From Clostridiaceae bacterium (GTDB lineage: Bacteria > Bacillota > Clostridia > Saccharofermentanales > UBA5734): a DNA stretch of 51,339 nucleotides. The translations under genes and the position numbers were made by a program. The stretch is from positions 1 through 51,339 of the forward strand of contig JAAYNF010000019.1 of the NCBI GenBank assembly GCA_012520975.1. Reading direction: 5' to 3'. Position 1 is the stretch's first letter. Every line of letters starts with the position of its first letter. Positions 28,855 through 39,699 of this stretch are shown in pieces. The notes under the pieces were generated by a model that saw only the letters and a program-made list of their open reading frames with translations, had not been told where the DNA came from and made no database searches.

Positions 28855-29532
28855 TCAGTTCCAGGGTAATAAATGTTGAAATAAAGGATTTGAACCAAAA
28901 TGCCCTGCTACCTGCTGCAACAAGGCCATCAGCCTGTTGACCGGCAATCCCATCACATTGTAGTAACAACCGTTGATTTTTCTGATCAGGGCGGCGCCCA
29001 GTCCTTGAATAGCGTAAGCACCGGCTTTGTCCATCGGTTCGCCGGAATCGACATACCATTGTATTTGCTGATCAAGAAGCGGGGCAAAAAGCACATGGGT
29101 CACCTCGGATGCCGTGAAACAAACCTTGTCTTCATGACTTGACGCGGCCACACACAATCCGGTGATAACCTGATGCGTCCTGCCGGAAAGCAATCGGAGC
29201 ATATTCAGGGCATCCCGGCGGTCCTTTGGTTTGCCTAAAACCCGGTTGTCCAGGACAACACTTGTATCGGCCGTCAGAGCGACATACTCCGACGGCAGGC
29301 TGAACTGGCTGAGCAGCGCATCCATTTTGCCCTGCGCCAAGCTCTGTGCCAGCAGGCGACCGTTCTCCCGGTCATATCCGGTCACGTCGTCAAGCTCAGT
29401 TTCAAACCGACTTTCATCAAAAGCCGGAACCATGACATAGATGGCTTGTTGTCGCCAAAAACGACCAAGCAGGTCAAGTCGGCGCGGCGATGCGGACGCC
29501 AGAATCAGAGGAATCTGATCAAAATTCCGCAT
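28855..29532 (-). CDS. maf: Maf family nucleoside triphosphate pyrophosphatase
   Basis: [42 protein letters not shown]. Confidence 0.93.
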   Translation of the reverse strand: MRNFDQIPLILASASPRRLDLLGRFWRQQAIYVMVPAFDESRFETELDDVTGYDRENGRLLAQSLAQGKMDALLSQFSLPSEYVALTADTSVVLDNRVLGKPKDRRDALNMLRLLSGRTHQVITGLCVAASSHEDKVCFTASEVTHVLFAPLLDQQIQWYVDSGEPMDKAGAYAIQGLGAALIRKINGCYYNVMGLPVNRLMALLQQVAGHFGSNPLFQHLLPWN

Positions 29533-30919
29533 GACCGGTTGTCCGTGGAAATGGAATAACATCGCGGATATTGGAGACACCGGTCAGGTACATGATCAGA
29601 CGCTCGAAGCCCAAGCCAAAACCGGCGTGGCGCGTGCCGCCATATTTTCGCAAATCGAGATACCACCAGTAATCTTCATCATTAAGCCCCATGGCCAGCA
29701 TACGTTGGCGCAAACGCTCGTAATCGTCCTCGCGCTGACTGCCGCCAATGATCTCGCCGATTCCGGGCACGAGGCAGTCCATGGCGGCCACGGTTTTCCC
29801 ATCCGGATCCAGCTTCATGTAAAATGCTTTGATTTCCTTGGGATAATGAGTCACAAAAACCGGTTTCCTTAAAAGACGCTCGGTCAGAAAACGCTCGTGC
29901 TCGGTCTGCAGATCGCAACCCCAATAGACCGGATAATCAAATTCCACGTCGGCCTTTAAAAGCGCCTCAATCGCCTCGGTATAGGTCATGACGCCAAAAT
30001 CATGATCCAGAACATTTTGCAGGCGATCCAGCAGTCCCCGATCAACAAAATCATTGAAGAAAGCCATTTCCTCAGGGCAATTTGTCAAGACATACGAAAT
30101 AATATACTTCATCATGGCTTCCGCCAAACGCATATTATCATCCAGATCGGCAAACGCCATTTCCGGCTCGATCATCCAGAATTCTGCCGCATGCTTGACG
30201 GTGTTTGAATTTTCCGCGCGGAAAGTCGGGCCGAAGGTATAGATGTTTTTAAAAGCCATGGCGAAGGCCTCGCCGCTTAATTGGCCGCTGACCGTCAGGT
30301 TGGTATGTTTTCCGAAAAAATCCTGGCTGAAATCAACCTTGCCCTCTTGATCCCGGGCCGGATTTTCGAGGTCCAGCGTGGTCACCGAAAACATCTGGCC
30401 GGCACCCTCGGCATCACTGCCGGTGATGATCGGGGTATGGACGTAGACGAAGTCCCGCTCATTAAAAAAGCGATGGATGGCATAGGAAGCAACCGAGCGA
30501 ACCCGGAAAACCGCCGACAATAGATTGGTGCGCGGCCGCAGGTGGGCAATGCTGCGTAAAAACTCGGGGGTGTGACGTTTGGGCTGGAGAGGATAATCGG
30601 ATGGGCACTCCCCTTCCACTTCCACCCGGATTGCTTTCATTTCCAAGGGTTGACGGGCAGCGGGCGTCAACAAAATCGTCCCGGTGACAATGATCGCCGA
30701 GCCGTTGCCCAGTCGGACAATGGCATCATAGTCTTCCAGGTCTTCCCGAGGCAGAATGATCTGAAGATTATGAAAAAAGGTGCCGTCATTGAGATTAATG
30801 AAGGCAAATTGTTTCTGGTCGCGGATGGTGCGAATCCATCCGGAGACCTGAACGGTCCGGCCGGAAAACTGCTCCTGGTTTTTAAAAATCTCACGGATTG
30901 AAATCTGTTGTGCTGTCAT
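29519..30919 (-). CDS. asnS: Asparagine--tRNA ligase
   Basis: [49 protein letters not shown]. Confidence 0.97.
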   Translation of the reverse strand: MTAQQISIREIFKNQEQFSGRTVQVSGWIRTIRDQKQFAFINLNDGTFFHNLQIILPREDLEDYDAIVRLGNGSAIIVTGTILLTPAARQPLEMKAIRVEVEGECPSDYPLQPKRHTPEFLRSIAHLRPRTNLLSAVFRVRSVASYAIHRFFNERDFVYVHTPIITGSDAEGAGQMFSVTTLDLENPARDQEGKVDFSQDFFGKHTNLTVSGQLSGEAFAMAFKNIYTFGPTFRAENSNTVKHAAEFWMIEPEMAFADLDDNMRLAEAMMKYIISYVLTNCPEEMAFFNDFVDRGLLDRLQNVLDHDFGVMTYTEAIEALLKADVEFDYPVYWGCDLQTEHERFLTERLLRKPVFVTHYPKEIKAFYMKLDPDGKTVAAMDCLVPGIGEIIGGSQREDDYERLRQRMLAMGLNDEDYWWYLDLRKYGGTRHAGFGLGFERLIMYLTGVSNIRDVIPFPRTTGHAEF

Positions 30920-30973
30920 TTAAACTCTCCCCTGCCATTGGCTTTCATACTTCATGTTTGTACTCCTCGATCG

Positions 30974-32188
30974 TTATGATTGCGCATCTCGGGTCAGGCA
31001 GGCGGCCACGGCCTCCAGAAAATCAACCGTATCAACAACCCGGACATCCCGCAGTCGAACCAGATTTTTCAGATCACCGGTCACGACACCGGCTTCGATC
31101 ACGGCCAAGGATGCGGCCTGCAGCCGATCCGCAAAAAGCGCCAGATCGGCCAAATCGTCCATCTCGGCCCGCTTGCGCAACGCTCCTGTCCAGGCAAACA
31201 GGGTCGCCATCGGGTTGGTCGATGTGCTCTCCCCCTTAAGGTAGCGATAGTAGTGACGGGTCACTGTTCCGTGCGCAGCCTCATATTCATATTTGCCGTC
31301 TGGCGAGACCAGCACAGATGTCATCATGGCCAGACTGCCGCAGGCAGCGGCAACCATGTCAGACATGACATCACCATCATAATTTTTACACGCCCAAAGG
31401 ATGCCGCCGGAAGAACGCATGACGCGCGCTACGGCATCGTCAATTAAAGTATAAAAATACGTGATGCCGGCTTTTTTAAAATCCTCTTGGAATTCTTGGG
31501 CGAATATCTCGGCAAAAATATCCTTAAACCGGTGGTCATATGTTTTCGAGATGGTGTCCTTGGTGGAAAACCACAGATCTTGGCCAAGGTCGAGGGCATA
31601 TTTAAAACAGGAACGAGCAAAACCGATGATCGACTGATCGGTATTGTGCATGCCCAGAAGAACACCCGGTCCGTTGAATTGATGAATTTGCTGCCGTCGA
31701 ACCGAGCCATCCGGACGCGTGAGCACCAGCTCCGCCGTACACGGTTCTTCGATCAGCATTTCAGATCCGCTGTAAATATCTCCATATGCATGACGCGCGA
31801 TTGTGATCGGTTGTCGCCAGGTTGAAACGAAAGGTTGGATGCAATCAACCAGAATCGGGGTGCGAAAGACCGTACCGTCCAGAATCGCGCGGATGGTACC
31901 ATTGGGGCTTTTCCACATTTTTTTCAGCCGGTATTCTTCCATCCGTTGAGCATTGGGTGTGATGGTCGCGCACTTGACCGCGACGCCCAGTTCCCGCGTG
32001 CGAATAGCCGCATCCAATGTGATCTGATCATTCGTTAGATCACGATTTTTCAAACCCAGATCAAAATATTCGGTTTTCAGGTCAACAAAAGGGGTGATGA
32101 GAATATCTTTCACCTGTTTCCAGATGATTCGAGTCATCTCATCGCCATCCATTTCAACCAGTGGATTTTTCATTTTGATTTTGCTCAT
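30974..32188 (-). CDS. icd: NADP-dependent isocitrate dehydrogenase (subfamily II)
   Basis: VEMDGDEMTR, KCATITP, WKSPNGTIR, ARHAYGD, KNYDGDV, EAAHGTVTRHY. Confidence 0.96.
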   Translation of the reverse strand: MSKIKMKNPLVEMDGDEMTRIIWKQVKDILITPFVDLKTEYFDLGLKNRDLTNDQITLDAAIRTRELGVAVKCATITPNAQRMEEYRLKKMWKSPNGTIRAILDGTVFRTPILVDCIQPFVSTWRQPITIARHAYGDIYSGSEMLIEEPCTAELVLTRPDGSVRRQQIHQFNGPGVLLGMHNTDQSIIGFARSCFKYALDLGQDLWFSTKDTISKTYDHRFKDIFAEIFAQEFQEDFKKAGITYFYTLIDDAVARVMRSSGGILWACKNYDGDVMSDMVAAACGSLAMMTSVLVSPDGKYEYEAAHGTVTRHYYRYLKGESTSTNPMATLFAWTGALRKRAEMDDLADLALFADRLQAASLAVIEAGVVTGDLKNLVRLRDVRVVDTVDFLEAVAACLTRDAQS

Positions 32189-32341
32189 GTCATTCCTCCC
32201 TTGCGGTCGACGTCAGGCATTTCGGCTACGATCCCCGTAAACCAATTTATTATAGAAATAATATCCCCGATCAGTCAATGCGAATTCATTTCGCCCGATC
32301 TGTTTGCCCGAACTGTTTTTGGCCAATACGCCCCTTCATCG

Positions 32342-33481
32342 TCATCTGTCAACCGTCGCTTTGACCATTTCCGCCGCCGAGATCAATAATGTCTCCAAGG
32401 CCAGCCGGTCGTTGATTTGGCTGGTTTTTACCAGCAGATCGTTGGCAAAACATTCGGCATACAAGGCTTCCAGCAAATCCATCGGCAGGCGTTTGGCTTG
32501 GCCAGCCAAGCGGGCGGCCACAAAAGGCATCACCTTCAGCTGAGCCGTGATTTTGGCCGGTTCGACCAGTTCTGCCGCGCAAATCAACTGACGAAAATGC
32601 CGGGTCAGCATAAATTGGATCAATTGGATGGGTTGCCGCTGACTGAGCAGCGTATCCACCAGCGCCAAGGCCTTTTCGGTTTGGCCGTCGGAGATGGCAT
32701 CGGTCAGGGTAAAGATGTTGCCGCGCAAATCCGGCAATGATATTTCGCCGATCAGCTGGCTGTCCACCTTCCGGCAGCCGGCCCCCTCACAATAAAGAAA
32801 AAGTTTCTGCAATTCTTGCCATATGACCTGCATACTCAGATCGCAACGGTCAATCAGGCTCTCCGCGGCATCCGGCAGGATTTTGATCTGCCGTCGTCGA
32901 CATTCAGCGACGACCCACTGTTGCAACGTCTTGGGTTTCTCCCGGTCGATCTTGGCCAAAACACCTTTTTCTTGAATCAGATTAATCAGATTTTTTTGTC
33001 GTTGATCAACTTTATTTTCAATCATAACCAAACACGCCGAATCCGGCAGTCCACGAATCATTTGGGCCAATTGCTCCTGCCTTGCTTTGCTGGTCGGACC
33101 GGAAAAATCAGGCACTTCATCCTCTTGGTCGGATGACTCGGAGGCGTCCGACAAATTTTGTCCGGCGGATCCCGGTGACAGCCAGCCACTGTGGCGCACA
33201 ATCACCAACTTGCGCCGAGAAAGAAACGGCGGCGTCATTAGCTCGGCCTGCAGACGCTCGGCATCCAACTTGGCGGATTGTCCACCGATATTGAAGACCA
33301 CACGATCCAGCGCAGCGCTCCCCTTATCCAACAAGAGCTCCGTCAAGGCTTCCACCAATTTATCAATCAAAAAGTCTTCTTCACCGAACAGGACATAGAG
33401 GGAATGAAAGCGGCCGGCGCGCAGCTCCGCTCTTAACTCATGGTAATCGGAAAATTGATTGGTACTTTTCTTTTTTGCCAC
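32342..33481 (-). CDS. holA: DNA polymerase III subunit delta
   Basis: YVLFGEEDFL, TPPFLSRRKLVIV, ELQKL, IFTLTDAI; directly after comEC. Confidence 0.9.
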   Translation of the reverse strand: MAKKKSTNQFSDYHELRAELRAGRFHSLYVLFGEEDFLIDKLVEALTELLLDKGSAALDRVVFNIGGQSAKLDAERLQAELMTPPFLSRRKLVIVRHSGWLSPGSAGQNLSDASESSDQEDEVPDFSGPTSKARQEQLAQMIRGLPDSACLVMIENKVDQRQKNLINLIQEKGVLAKIDREKPKTLQQWVVAECRRRQIKILPDAAESLIDRCDLSMQVIWQELQKLFLYCEGAGCRKVDSQLIGEISLPDLRGNIFTLTDAISDGQTEKALALVDTLLSQRQPIQLIQFMLTRHFRQLICAAELVEPAKITAQLKVMPFVAARLAGQAKRLPMDLLEALYAECFANDLLVKTSQINDRLALETLLISAAEMVKATVDR

Positions 33482-33514
33482 AGCGACGTCTCTCCTTTGA
33501 GGCCTTTGATAGAT

Positions 33515-35947
33515 TCAGGGACAGGCCGGGCGAATCACCCAGCCGGTCTTGCTTACACTTAAATGGATTGCCCCCTGCCGGTCGGTCCGCCAGATCCGAC
33601 AACCGTGCTCTGACAACCTTTGCAAAGTTTCTTTTGAAGGATGCCCATAAAAATTGGGCCCAACACTGATCACAGCATCTCGAGGCTGAATCTGCTCCAA
33701 CATGGCGGTGGTTGTTGCGTGCTTCGAGCCGTGGTGGGCAACCTTGAGGACATCGACCGGATCAAGCAGACCGTGCTGGACCAGATTGTTTTCCATGTCG
33801 CCTGTGCAATCACCGGTCAACAAGAGCGAAAGTCCGGCCAGATCAGCACGCAAAACCAATGAATGGTCATTGGCATCGTAGTCCGGCTTGATTATCCTTT
33901 GCGGGCTGTATTGTTGATCAAGAACCTGCAGTCCGATCAGAGGGCCCAGCGCTATTGTATCATTTCCGATCAATTCTGACACTTGAATCTGATGCGAGGA
34001 CGCCGTTTCCAATAAAACCCCCAACCGGTCACCCCTTTGACTTTGACCGCGGTCAAGCAGCATTGCGAGCTCCCGGCCGGACAACAACAGATTACGGCCT
34101 CGGCCGGCTGTGATAACATCGATCAACCCGCCAACATGATCATCATGGCCATGGGTGGCAATCAGCACATCAATCTGATCAATGCCCAAACAATCCAGTG
34201 CCGGTAGAATAACCTGCCAGCCCTGTCCGGGCTTGCCGCCGTCAACCAGCATGGTTTCGCCAAAACGTGTTGTGAGTAAGACGGCATCACCTTGACCTAC
34301 ATCCAAAAACCAAACTTGGACAAGCGGCGCCCGGTGCCAATTCAACACGGCGATCAGCAACCAGAAAACAATAAGCGGCATCCGGATCCGTTTGAGCAAT
34401 CGGAGTCGGCGTCCCCTAAGAATATCAATTGATCGCAACCGACAAACCAAAACACCGGCAAACAGCAGCCAAATCATCCAAAATACCGGATTAATCAATT
34501 CTTTCGGGATCCTCAGGATGGCTTTGTTTCCCATGAAACCGGCCAGATCGATCAACAGATCGGTAAAAAATCCCAGCGGCGAAACCAGCACACGTCCCAA
34601 ATCCGGAAATATCGGCAAAAGAAGGCCGGCCACCGGCAAAACAACAATTGCCAGATAGCAGATTGCGGTGGTTATCAGTGCAGCCGGCGGATTGCCAACA
34701 AGGCCGGCCAATGACAACTGCTGATTAATGATCGCCAATAGCGGTAATAAGCAGGTTTGAATTACCAAACCGGAAGCAAGGGGAGCAAGCAGAAAGGTGG
34801 GTAAAAATGGAAATCTATCCTTAAGGTGGTTCTGCATAGGTTCGGCCAGAGCCACCAATGCAGCGGTTGCCAAAAAGGATAACCAGAAGCCTTCGGCCCA
34901 AATCGCAAAAGGCTGAACACCGAGAATGAGGATGACCGCCAGAGCCAGCGAACTCGCGGCATCACGCGGCCGATGCAACAGACCTCCGGAAAGCGCGCAA
35001 CCGGACATGACGATGGCTCGCGATACGGCTGTGTGCCAACCGGTTAAAAATCCATATCCGACCAAAAGAAGCAAGAGAAAAACCAACCGTTTTCGTCTCC
35101 CCATTCCACCATGGTGCAGCACACGGCCGACCGGCAGCAAAAGCAGGGACACATGCATACCCGAAACACTCATTAAATGAGCCAGCCCGGAGCGGCGAAA
35201 ATCAGATTGAACCTGTTGCGATAAGCCTTGTTTTTCGCCCAGCAGGACGGCGCTGAGGACATTGGCCTGTTGCTCCGGCAAAAGCCGATCAATCAAGCTT
35301 GTGAGGGTTTCCCTCCCCGATCGGCCGAGAACAACCGGTTTGGTCCACGCCGGTGCAGGACCTACAATGGATACCGACGCTTTCCCGACCGGCTTTGCTT
35401 TGATCAAGATTCCCCGGGATTTGAGCCACGCCGCCTCATCAAAACCCCCGGGATTACGTTGCCCCCGCGGCAGTTCGTAATATACCGCTACTTGAATCTG
35501 CTCACCATAGCTCAAACCGGCGCCTTTTCTTGGATAGGACAGAAGTACCCGTGTGCCGTCTGATCGGCGCACAACAGCCTGATCAAGATATTCTCCTGTT
35601 TTGGGAACTTCGGCCACGGTTCCGGTCAGGATCCGGCTCTGGCCGTCGGCTGCGGCACCGAGCCGCATCGCACGTTCCAACATCAAACCGGTCCGCCAAG
35701 TTCCCAATAAAAATAACAACGGCAGAAACCACATAAGCCAGTCCGGCTGGAGACGCACCGTAAGAAAAAACAACAGGCACATCAACAAACAAACCAACAG
35801 CGCCAAAGGCAATCGTCCAATAGCAAAGGCAACACAGATGCCGGAAACAGTTGCCAAGGCCAGTGGCGGCAAGGGCCTGGCAAAAACTCGTGAATATCTG
35901 AGGGCCATGAACCGCATCCTTTTCCAGTTTGCTGTCGTGTCAACCAA
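33515..35947 (-). CDS. comEC: DNA internalization competence protein ComEC/Rec2
   Basis: RNPGGFD, GLAHLMSVSGMH, FWLSFLAT, FLDVGQGDA, THGHDDHVGG, KVAHHGS, YGHP, RTDRQG; start uncertain. Confidence 0.95.
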   Translation of the reverse strand: MVDTTANWKRMRFMALRYSRVFARPLPPLALATVSGICVAFAIGRLPLALLVCLLMCLLFFLTVRLQPDWLMWFLPLLFLLGTWRTGLMLERAMRLGAAADGQSRILTGTVAEVPKTGEYLDQAVVRRSDGTRVLLSYPRKGAGLSYGEQIQVAVYYELPRGQRNPGGFDEAAWLKSRGILIKAKPVGKASVSIVGPAPAWTKPVVLGRSGRETLTSLIDRLLPEQQANVLSAVLLGEKQGLSQQVQSDFRRSGLAHLMSVSGMHVSLLLLPVGRVLHHGGMGRRKRLVFLLLLLVGYGFLTGWHTAVSRAIVMSGCALSGGLLHRPRDAASSLALAVILILGVQPFAIWAEGFWLSFLATAALVALAEPMQNHLKDRFPFLPTFLLAPLASGLVIQTCLLPLLAIINQQLSLAGLVGNPPAALITTAICYLAIVVLPVAGLLLPIFPDLGRVLVSPLGFFTDLLIDLAGFMGNKAILRIPKELINPVFWMIWLLFAGVLVCRLRSIDILRGRRLRLLKRIRMPLIVFWLLIAVLNWHRAPLVQVWFLDVGQGDAVLLTTRFGETMLVDGGKPGQGWQVILPALDCLGIDQIDVLIATHGHDDHVGGLIDVITAGRGRNLLLSGRELAMLLDRGQSQRGDRLGVLLETASSHQIQVSELIGNDTIALGPLIGLQVLDQQYSPQRIIKPDYDANDHSLVLRADLAGLSLLLTGDCTGDMENNLVQHGLLDPVDVLKVAHHGSKHATTTAMLEQIQPRDAVISVGPNFYGHPSKETLQRLSEHGCRIWRTDRQGAIHLSVSKTGWVIRPACP

Positions 35948-36018
35948 ACAGCGGAATCAGTTTGCCTGAAACCGATGGCGTTGTCCGGCCCGGTCCAGCG
36001 ACAAATTGGAACAATTGG

Positions 36019-36624
36019 TCAGGACGAGGTTTCGGGGGAAAAAAATGATGTGATACGAGCGCGCAATTCATCAATACCGGTTTTATTTTGTGCAGAAAGA
36101 ATGATCAATGAACCGGGTTGATCAACGCCGATGGCGGCGGCAATTTCTTTTCTGCGCCGAAGGGCCTGTGATCGGCTTAACTTGTCGCTTTTGCTTAAGA
36201 TAACAAAACTTTCAAGATTACGACTTTTGAGCCATTCGATCATCTGCAAATCCTGAATCGACGGGTCGTGCCGAATATCCAGCAAATGCAGAACCAAAGC
36301 AATGGGGCGGCCGGATTCGAGGTAACGATCCGCCAAAGCCGAAAATGCCACCCTAGTTTGCTGCGAAACTTGGGCGAAACCATATCCGGGCAGATCGGTC
36401 AACAACAATTTCTCGTCGACATTAAAGTAAATGATTAATCTGGTTTTTCCCGGAGTGGAACTGATTTTGGCCAACTGTCGGTTATCAGCTAAAGCGTTGA
36501 TCAAAGAAGACTTCCCCACATTCGACCGCCCCGACAGAACAATTTCCGGCAGATCCGAGACCGGGCATTGGGCCAGATCCGCCGCTACGCCAATAAAACG
36601 GGTTTTTCTAAAATTAATTGCCAT
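36019..36624 (-). CDS. engB: Ribosome biogenesis GTPase YihA/YsxC
   Basis: GRSNVGKSSLIN, STPGKT, DLPGYG, KSDK. Confidence 0.95.
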   Translation of the reverse strand: MAINFRKTRFIGVAADLAQCPVSDLPEIVLSGRSNVGKSSLINALADNRQLAKISSTPGKTRLIIYFNVDEKLLLTDLPGYGFAQVSQQTRVAFSALADRYLESGRPIALVLHLLDIRHDPSIQDLQMIEWLKSRNLESFVILSKSDKLSRSQALRRRKEIAAAIGVDQPGSLIILSAQNKTGIDELRARITSFFSPETSS

Positions 36625-36795
36625 ATGCACCTGTTTTTTTATATATTCTACAAAATTATGGTTAAAAAGACCAATTTTACGGCTGAAAAAGGGTGTAATT
36701 TGTATTTTTTTTTGACATGACTTCGGTTCCCTATTTTTCTTAAATTGAGTATAATGAATATAGAGTTCAGTTGATCATCTGCCGAGGAAACAAAA

Positions 36796-38013
36796 ATGTC
36801 TGTACCGACAGTCACGGATGACAAAAACTATTATATCTATAATCAATACGGTGACAACACCATGGAGCCGGTCGGACCGATCGGTATTATCGCCCACAAT
36901 CTAGCCAGCAGTTTCGCGGATTCCATCAATTATTTTTTAAGGAACCGACGTTCCATCTATCTCGCTCGCCATCCGGAATTGGCTAACAACCCCGGTTTTA
37001 TGCGCGCCGATTATCGGATTCCGGTTACCACGCCGCGTTACTCATCCGGTGAGGGCAAAGCCATCATTACCCAGACGGTTCGTGGTCATGATCTGTTTAT
37101 TATTGTCGATGTCCTCAACTACAACCGCTATTATGAGCGTTATTCTCAGCGCGTCAGCCTGAGTCCGGACGAGCAATACCAAGACCTTTTGCGTATCATT
37201 CTGGCTGCCAGCGGCAAAGCGCGCCGCATCAATCTGATTATGCCCTATCTCTACGAGGGCCGCCAATATCGGCGCGGAACCCGCGAATCCCTTGACTGCG
37301 CGGCAATGCTCAAAGAACTGTTCGCTCTCGGCATCAAGAGCATCCTAACTTTTGACGCTCACGATCCTCGTATTATCAATGCCGTTCCGACCGAAAACGT
37401 GGAAAACCTGACGGCAGCCTATCAGATTATTGAATCCATGATCCAGACCGTTCCGGACTTAAAGTTTGATTACGATCACTTTATGGTTGTCAGTCCGGAT
37501 GAAGAAGGCATTATAAGAGCCATGTATTATGCCTCCATGCTGGAGGTTCCGCTGGGCATTTTTTATCGAAAACGCAATTACCTGCAGTTGGTGGAGGGCA
37601 GGAATCCCATTGTAGGACTGGAATTCTTGGGCAGCCAGGTCAAAGGCAAAGATATCTTGCTGGTTGATGACATGATTGTCAGCGGCAGCAGTATTCTTCG
37701 GGCGGCCAACGAATTGAAAAAACGAGGCGCCGGACGTATTTTTTGCGCGGCAACCTTCACCCAACTGACCAGCGGATTGGATCGAATCAATCAGGCGCAT
37801 ATGGATGGTGTCATTGAAAAAATCTTCTCGACCAATCTGATCTATTGCCGTCCGGAAATCCTCAACGCCCCTTGGTTCGTCGAGGTCAGTCTTTCCCGTT
37901 TCATTGCCCTGCTGATTGATGCCATCAATCACGACGCTTCACTGTCCAAATTAATCAGCCCGACCGAAAAAATTCAGAAATTACTAAATTATCACCGGCG
38001 GCGCCAGACTTAA
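36796..38013 (+). CDS. prs: Ribose-phosphate pyrophosphokinase paralog 1 (long clostridial type, divergent motifs)
   Basis: SSGEGK, RESLDCA, TFDAHD, VDDMIVSG. Confidence 0.85.
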   Translation: MSVPTVTDDKNYYIYNQYGDNTMEPVGPIGIIAHNLASSFADSINYFLRNRRSIYLARHPELANNPGFMRADYRIPVTTPRYSSGEGKAIITQTVRGHDLFIIVDVLNYNRYYERYSQRVSLSPDEQYQDLLRIILAASGKARRINLIMPYLYEGRQYRRGTRESLDCAAMLKELFALGIKSILTFDAHDPRIINAVPTENVENLTAAYQIIESMIQTVPDLKFDYDHFMVVSPDEEGIIRAMYYASMLEVPLGIFYRKRNYLQLVEGRNPIVGLEFLGSQVKGKDILLVDDMIVSGSSILRAANELKKRGAGRIFCAATFTQLTSGLDRINQAHMDGVIEKIFSTNLIYCRPEILNAPWFVEVSLSRFIALLIDAINHDASLSKLISPTEKIQKLLNYHRRRQT

Positions 38014-38051
38014 TATTATTATTTTGCCTTGCTCTAAGGAGGAATACCACG

Positions 38052-39284
38052 ATGCACCCACCCGTTGCTGATGACAAAAACTATTATATTTACAACCAAT
38101 ACGGCGACAACCTCATGGCGCCGGTCGGGCCGGTCGGCATCATACCCTTGCTCGGCAGCGCCGATTTCACCGAAAGCGTCAACAGCTATCTGCTTCAACG
38201 GCGGACGGAATACCAGGAAATCAAACCCGATATCGGTTCGATCTATCCGGGATTCATCCGTCAGGATTATCGTATCCGCATCAAAAACTATCGATTTTCC
38301 TCCGGTGAAGGCAAAGCCGTCATTCTCGACACGGTCCGCGGTCACGATGTGTTTATCATTACCGATGTTGTCAATTTTTCCGTAACCTACAAAATGTTCG
38401 GTCTGGTCAATCACATGAGCCCGGATGATCATTATCAGGATCTGAAGCGGGTTATTCTGGCCGATGCCGGCCGTTCGCGACGAATCAATGTGATTATGCC
38501 CTTTCTGTATGAAAGCCGTCAACACAGGCGCAATACCCGTGAATCTCTTGACTGCGCCTACATGCTGGAAGAGCTTTTTGACCTAGGTGTCGACAATATC
38601 CTCACCTTTGATGCCCATGACGATCGCGTGGCCAACGCGATCCCGACCGGCGGTTTTGAAAATATCCAATCGGCCTACCAAATCATCAAGGCTCTGGTCA
38701 ATACCATTCCGGATCTGAACTTTTCCGAAGGGCGACTGATGGTGGTCAGCCCGGATGAAGGCGGTATCACCAGAGCAATGTATTATGCTTCAATGCTGGG
38801 AGTGCCATTGGGTACGTTCTACAAACGGCGGGATTACACCCAGGTTATCGGCGGACGCAACCCGATCCTAGCGCACGAATTTCTTGGTGATTCGGTCGAA
38901 GGCATGGATATTCTGGTTGTCGACGACATGATTGCCTCCGGCGAATCCATATTGGATCTAGCGCGCGAACTCAAGAGCCGAAAGGCCAACCGGATATTCG
39001 CCGCGGTCACCTTCGGTCTGTTTACCGATGGTCTGGCAAGCTTCCATCAGGCTTATGCCGACGGACTGATCGACAGGGTCTTCGCCACCAACCTCATCTA
39101 CCGTACTCCGGAATTGTTGGCCTCTCCGTGGTTTACCGATGTCAACATGGCTAAGTTTGTCGCCCTCTTGATTGACGCCATCAACCACGACGCCTCATTA
39201 TCCCGCCTGCTGAATCCCACAGAAAAGATCCGCACGCTGCTGGATAAATATCGCCATGATCAATCAATGTCCGCCGGAATTTAA
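38052..39284 (+). CDS. prs: Ribose-phosphate pyrophosphokinase paralog 2
   Basis: FSSGEGK, ESRQHRR, TFDAHD, SPDEGG, FYKRRDY, VDDMIASGES. Confidence 0.92.
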   Translation: MHPPVADDKNYYIYNQYGDNLMAPVGPVGIIPLLGSADFTESVNSYLLQRRTEYQEIKPDIGSIYPGFIRQDYRIRIKNYRFSSGEGKAVILDTVRGHDVFIITDVVNFSVTYKMFGLVNHMSPDDHYQDLKRVILADAGRSRRINVIMPFLYESRQHRRNTRESLDCAYMLEELFDLGVDNILTFDAHDDRVANAIPTGGFENIQSAYQIIKALVNTIPDLNFSEGRLMVVSPDEGGITRAMYYASMLGVPLGTFYKRRDYTQVIGGRNPILAHEFLGDSVEGMDILVVDDMIASGESILDLARELKSRKANRIFAAVTFGLFTDGLASFHQAYADGLIDRVFATNLIYRTPELLASPWFTDVNMAKFVALLIDAINHDASLSRLLNPTEKIRTLLDKYRHDQSMSAGI

Positions 39285-39314
39285 GAAAGACCAAAACGAA
39301 ATGTCGGTCGTCAT

Positions 39315-39599
39315 TTAGTTTTTACGCAAGAGAAACCGCAGCCAGAAAAAGACCGCAACCAACACCAGTTCAATGCCGGTCAGCCGGAAAAATAAATCAT
39401 ATTGATTCTTGCTGATCGCGATATTGATCAGCGCAACAAAGGCGATGATCAACAGCACCAAGAAAATACGCCCCCAGAAAGTCAAAGCAACCAGTTCTAA
39501 AAAGGAAAAAAATGTACTCTTTCGCCGACGGGACCTTCTGGCTCCGGTCGGCGTCGTTCGAGTCGATTGATTTTTACTTGTTGTCTTGGCCGCCATCAT
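39315..39599 (-). CDS. Small hypothetical membrane protein
   Basis: Basic N-terminus plus two hydrophobic helices; AGGTGA RBS. Confidence 0.65.
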   Translation of the reverse strand: MMAAKTTSKNQSTRTTPTGARRSRRRKSTFFSFLELVALTFWGRIFLVLLIIAFVALINIAISKNQYDLFFRLTGIELVLVAVFFWLRFLLRKN

Positions 39600-39699
39600 G
39601 CAATCACCTGCCTAACACGATCAGTATAGCCATTATTGCCTTTGGACTCAAGTTTTCGAAAAGGTATGCTATACTGAAATCCGTCAAAGGAGACCTCCC

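Noticed and set aside
30974-32188. Eukaryote-like IDH as a sign of inter-domain transfer
   Set aside because: Subfamily II NADP-IDHs are already known in many bacteria, including Clostridia
36796-39284. Repeated DNA segments suggesting an assembly duplication or mobile repeat
   Set aside because: The copies are well diverged throughout; explained by an ancient prs gene duplication
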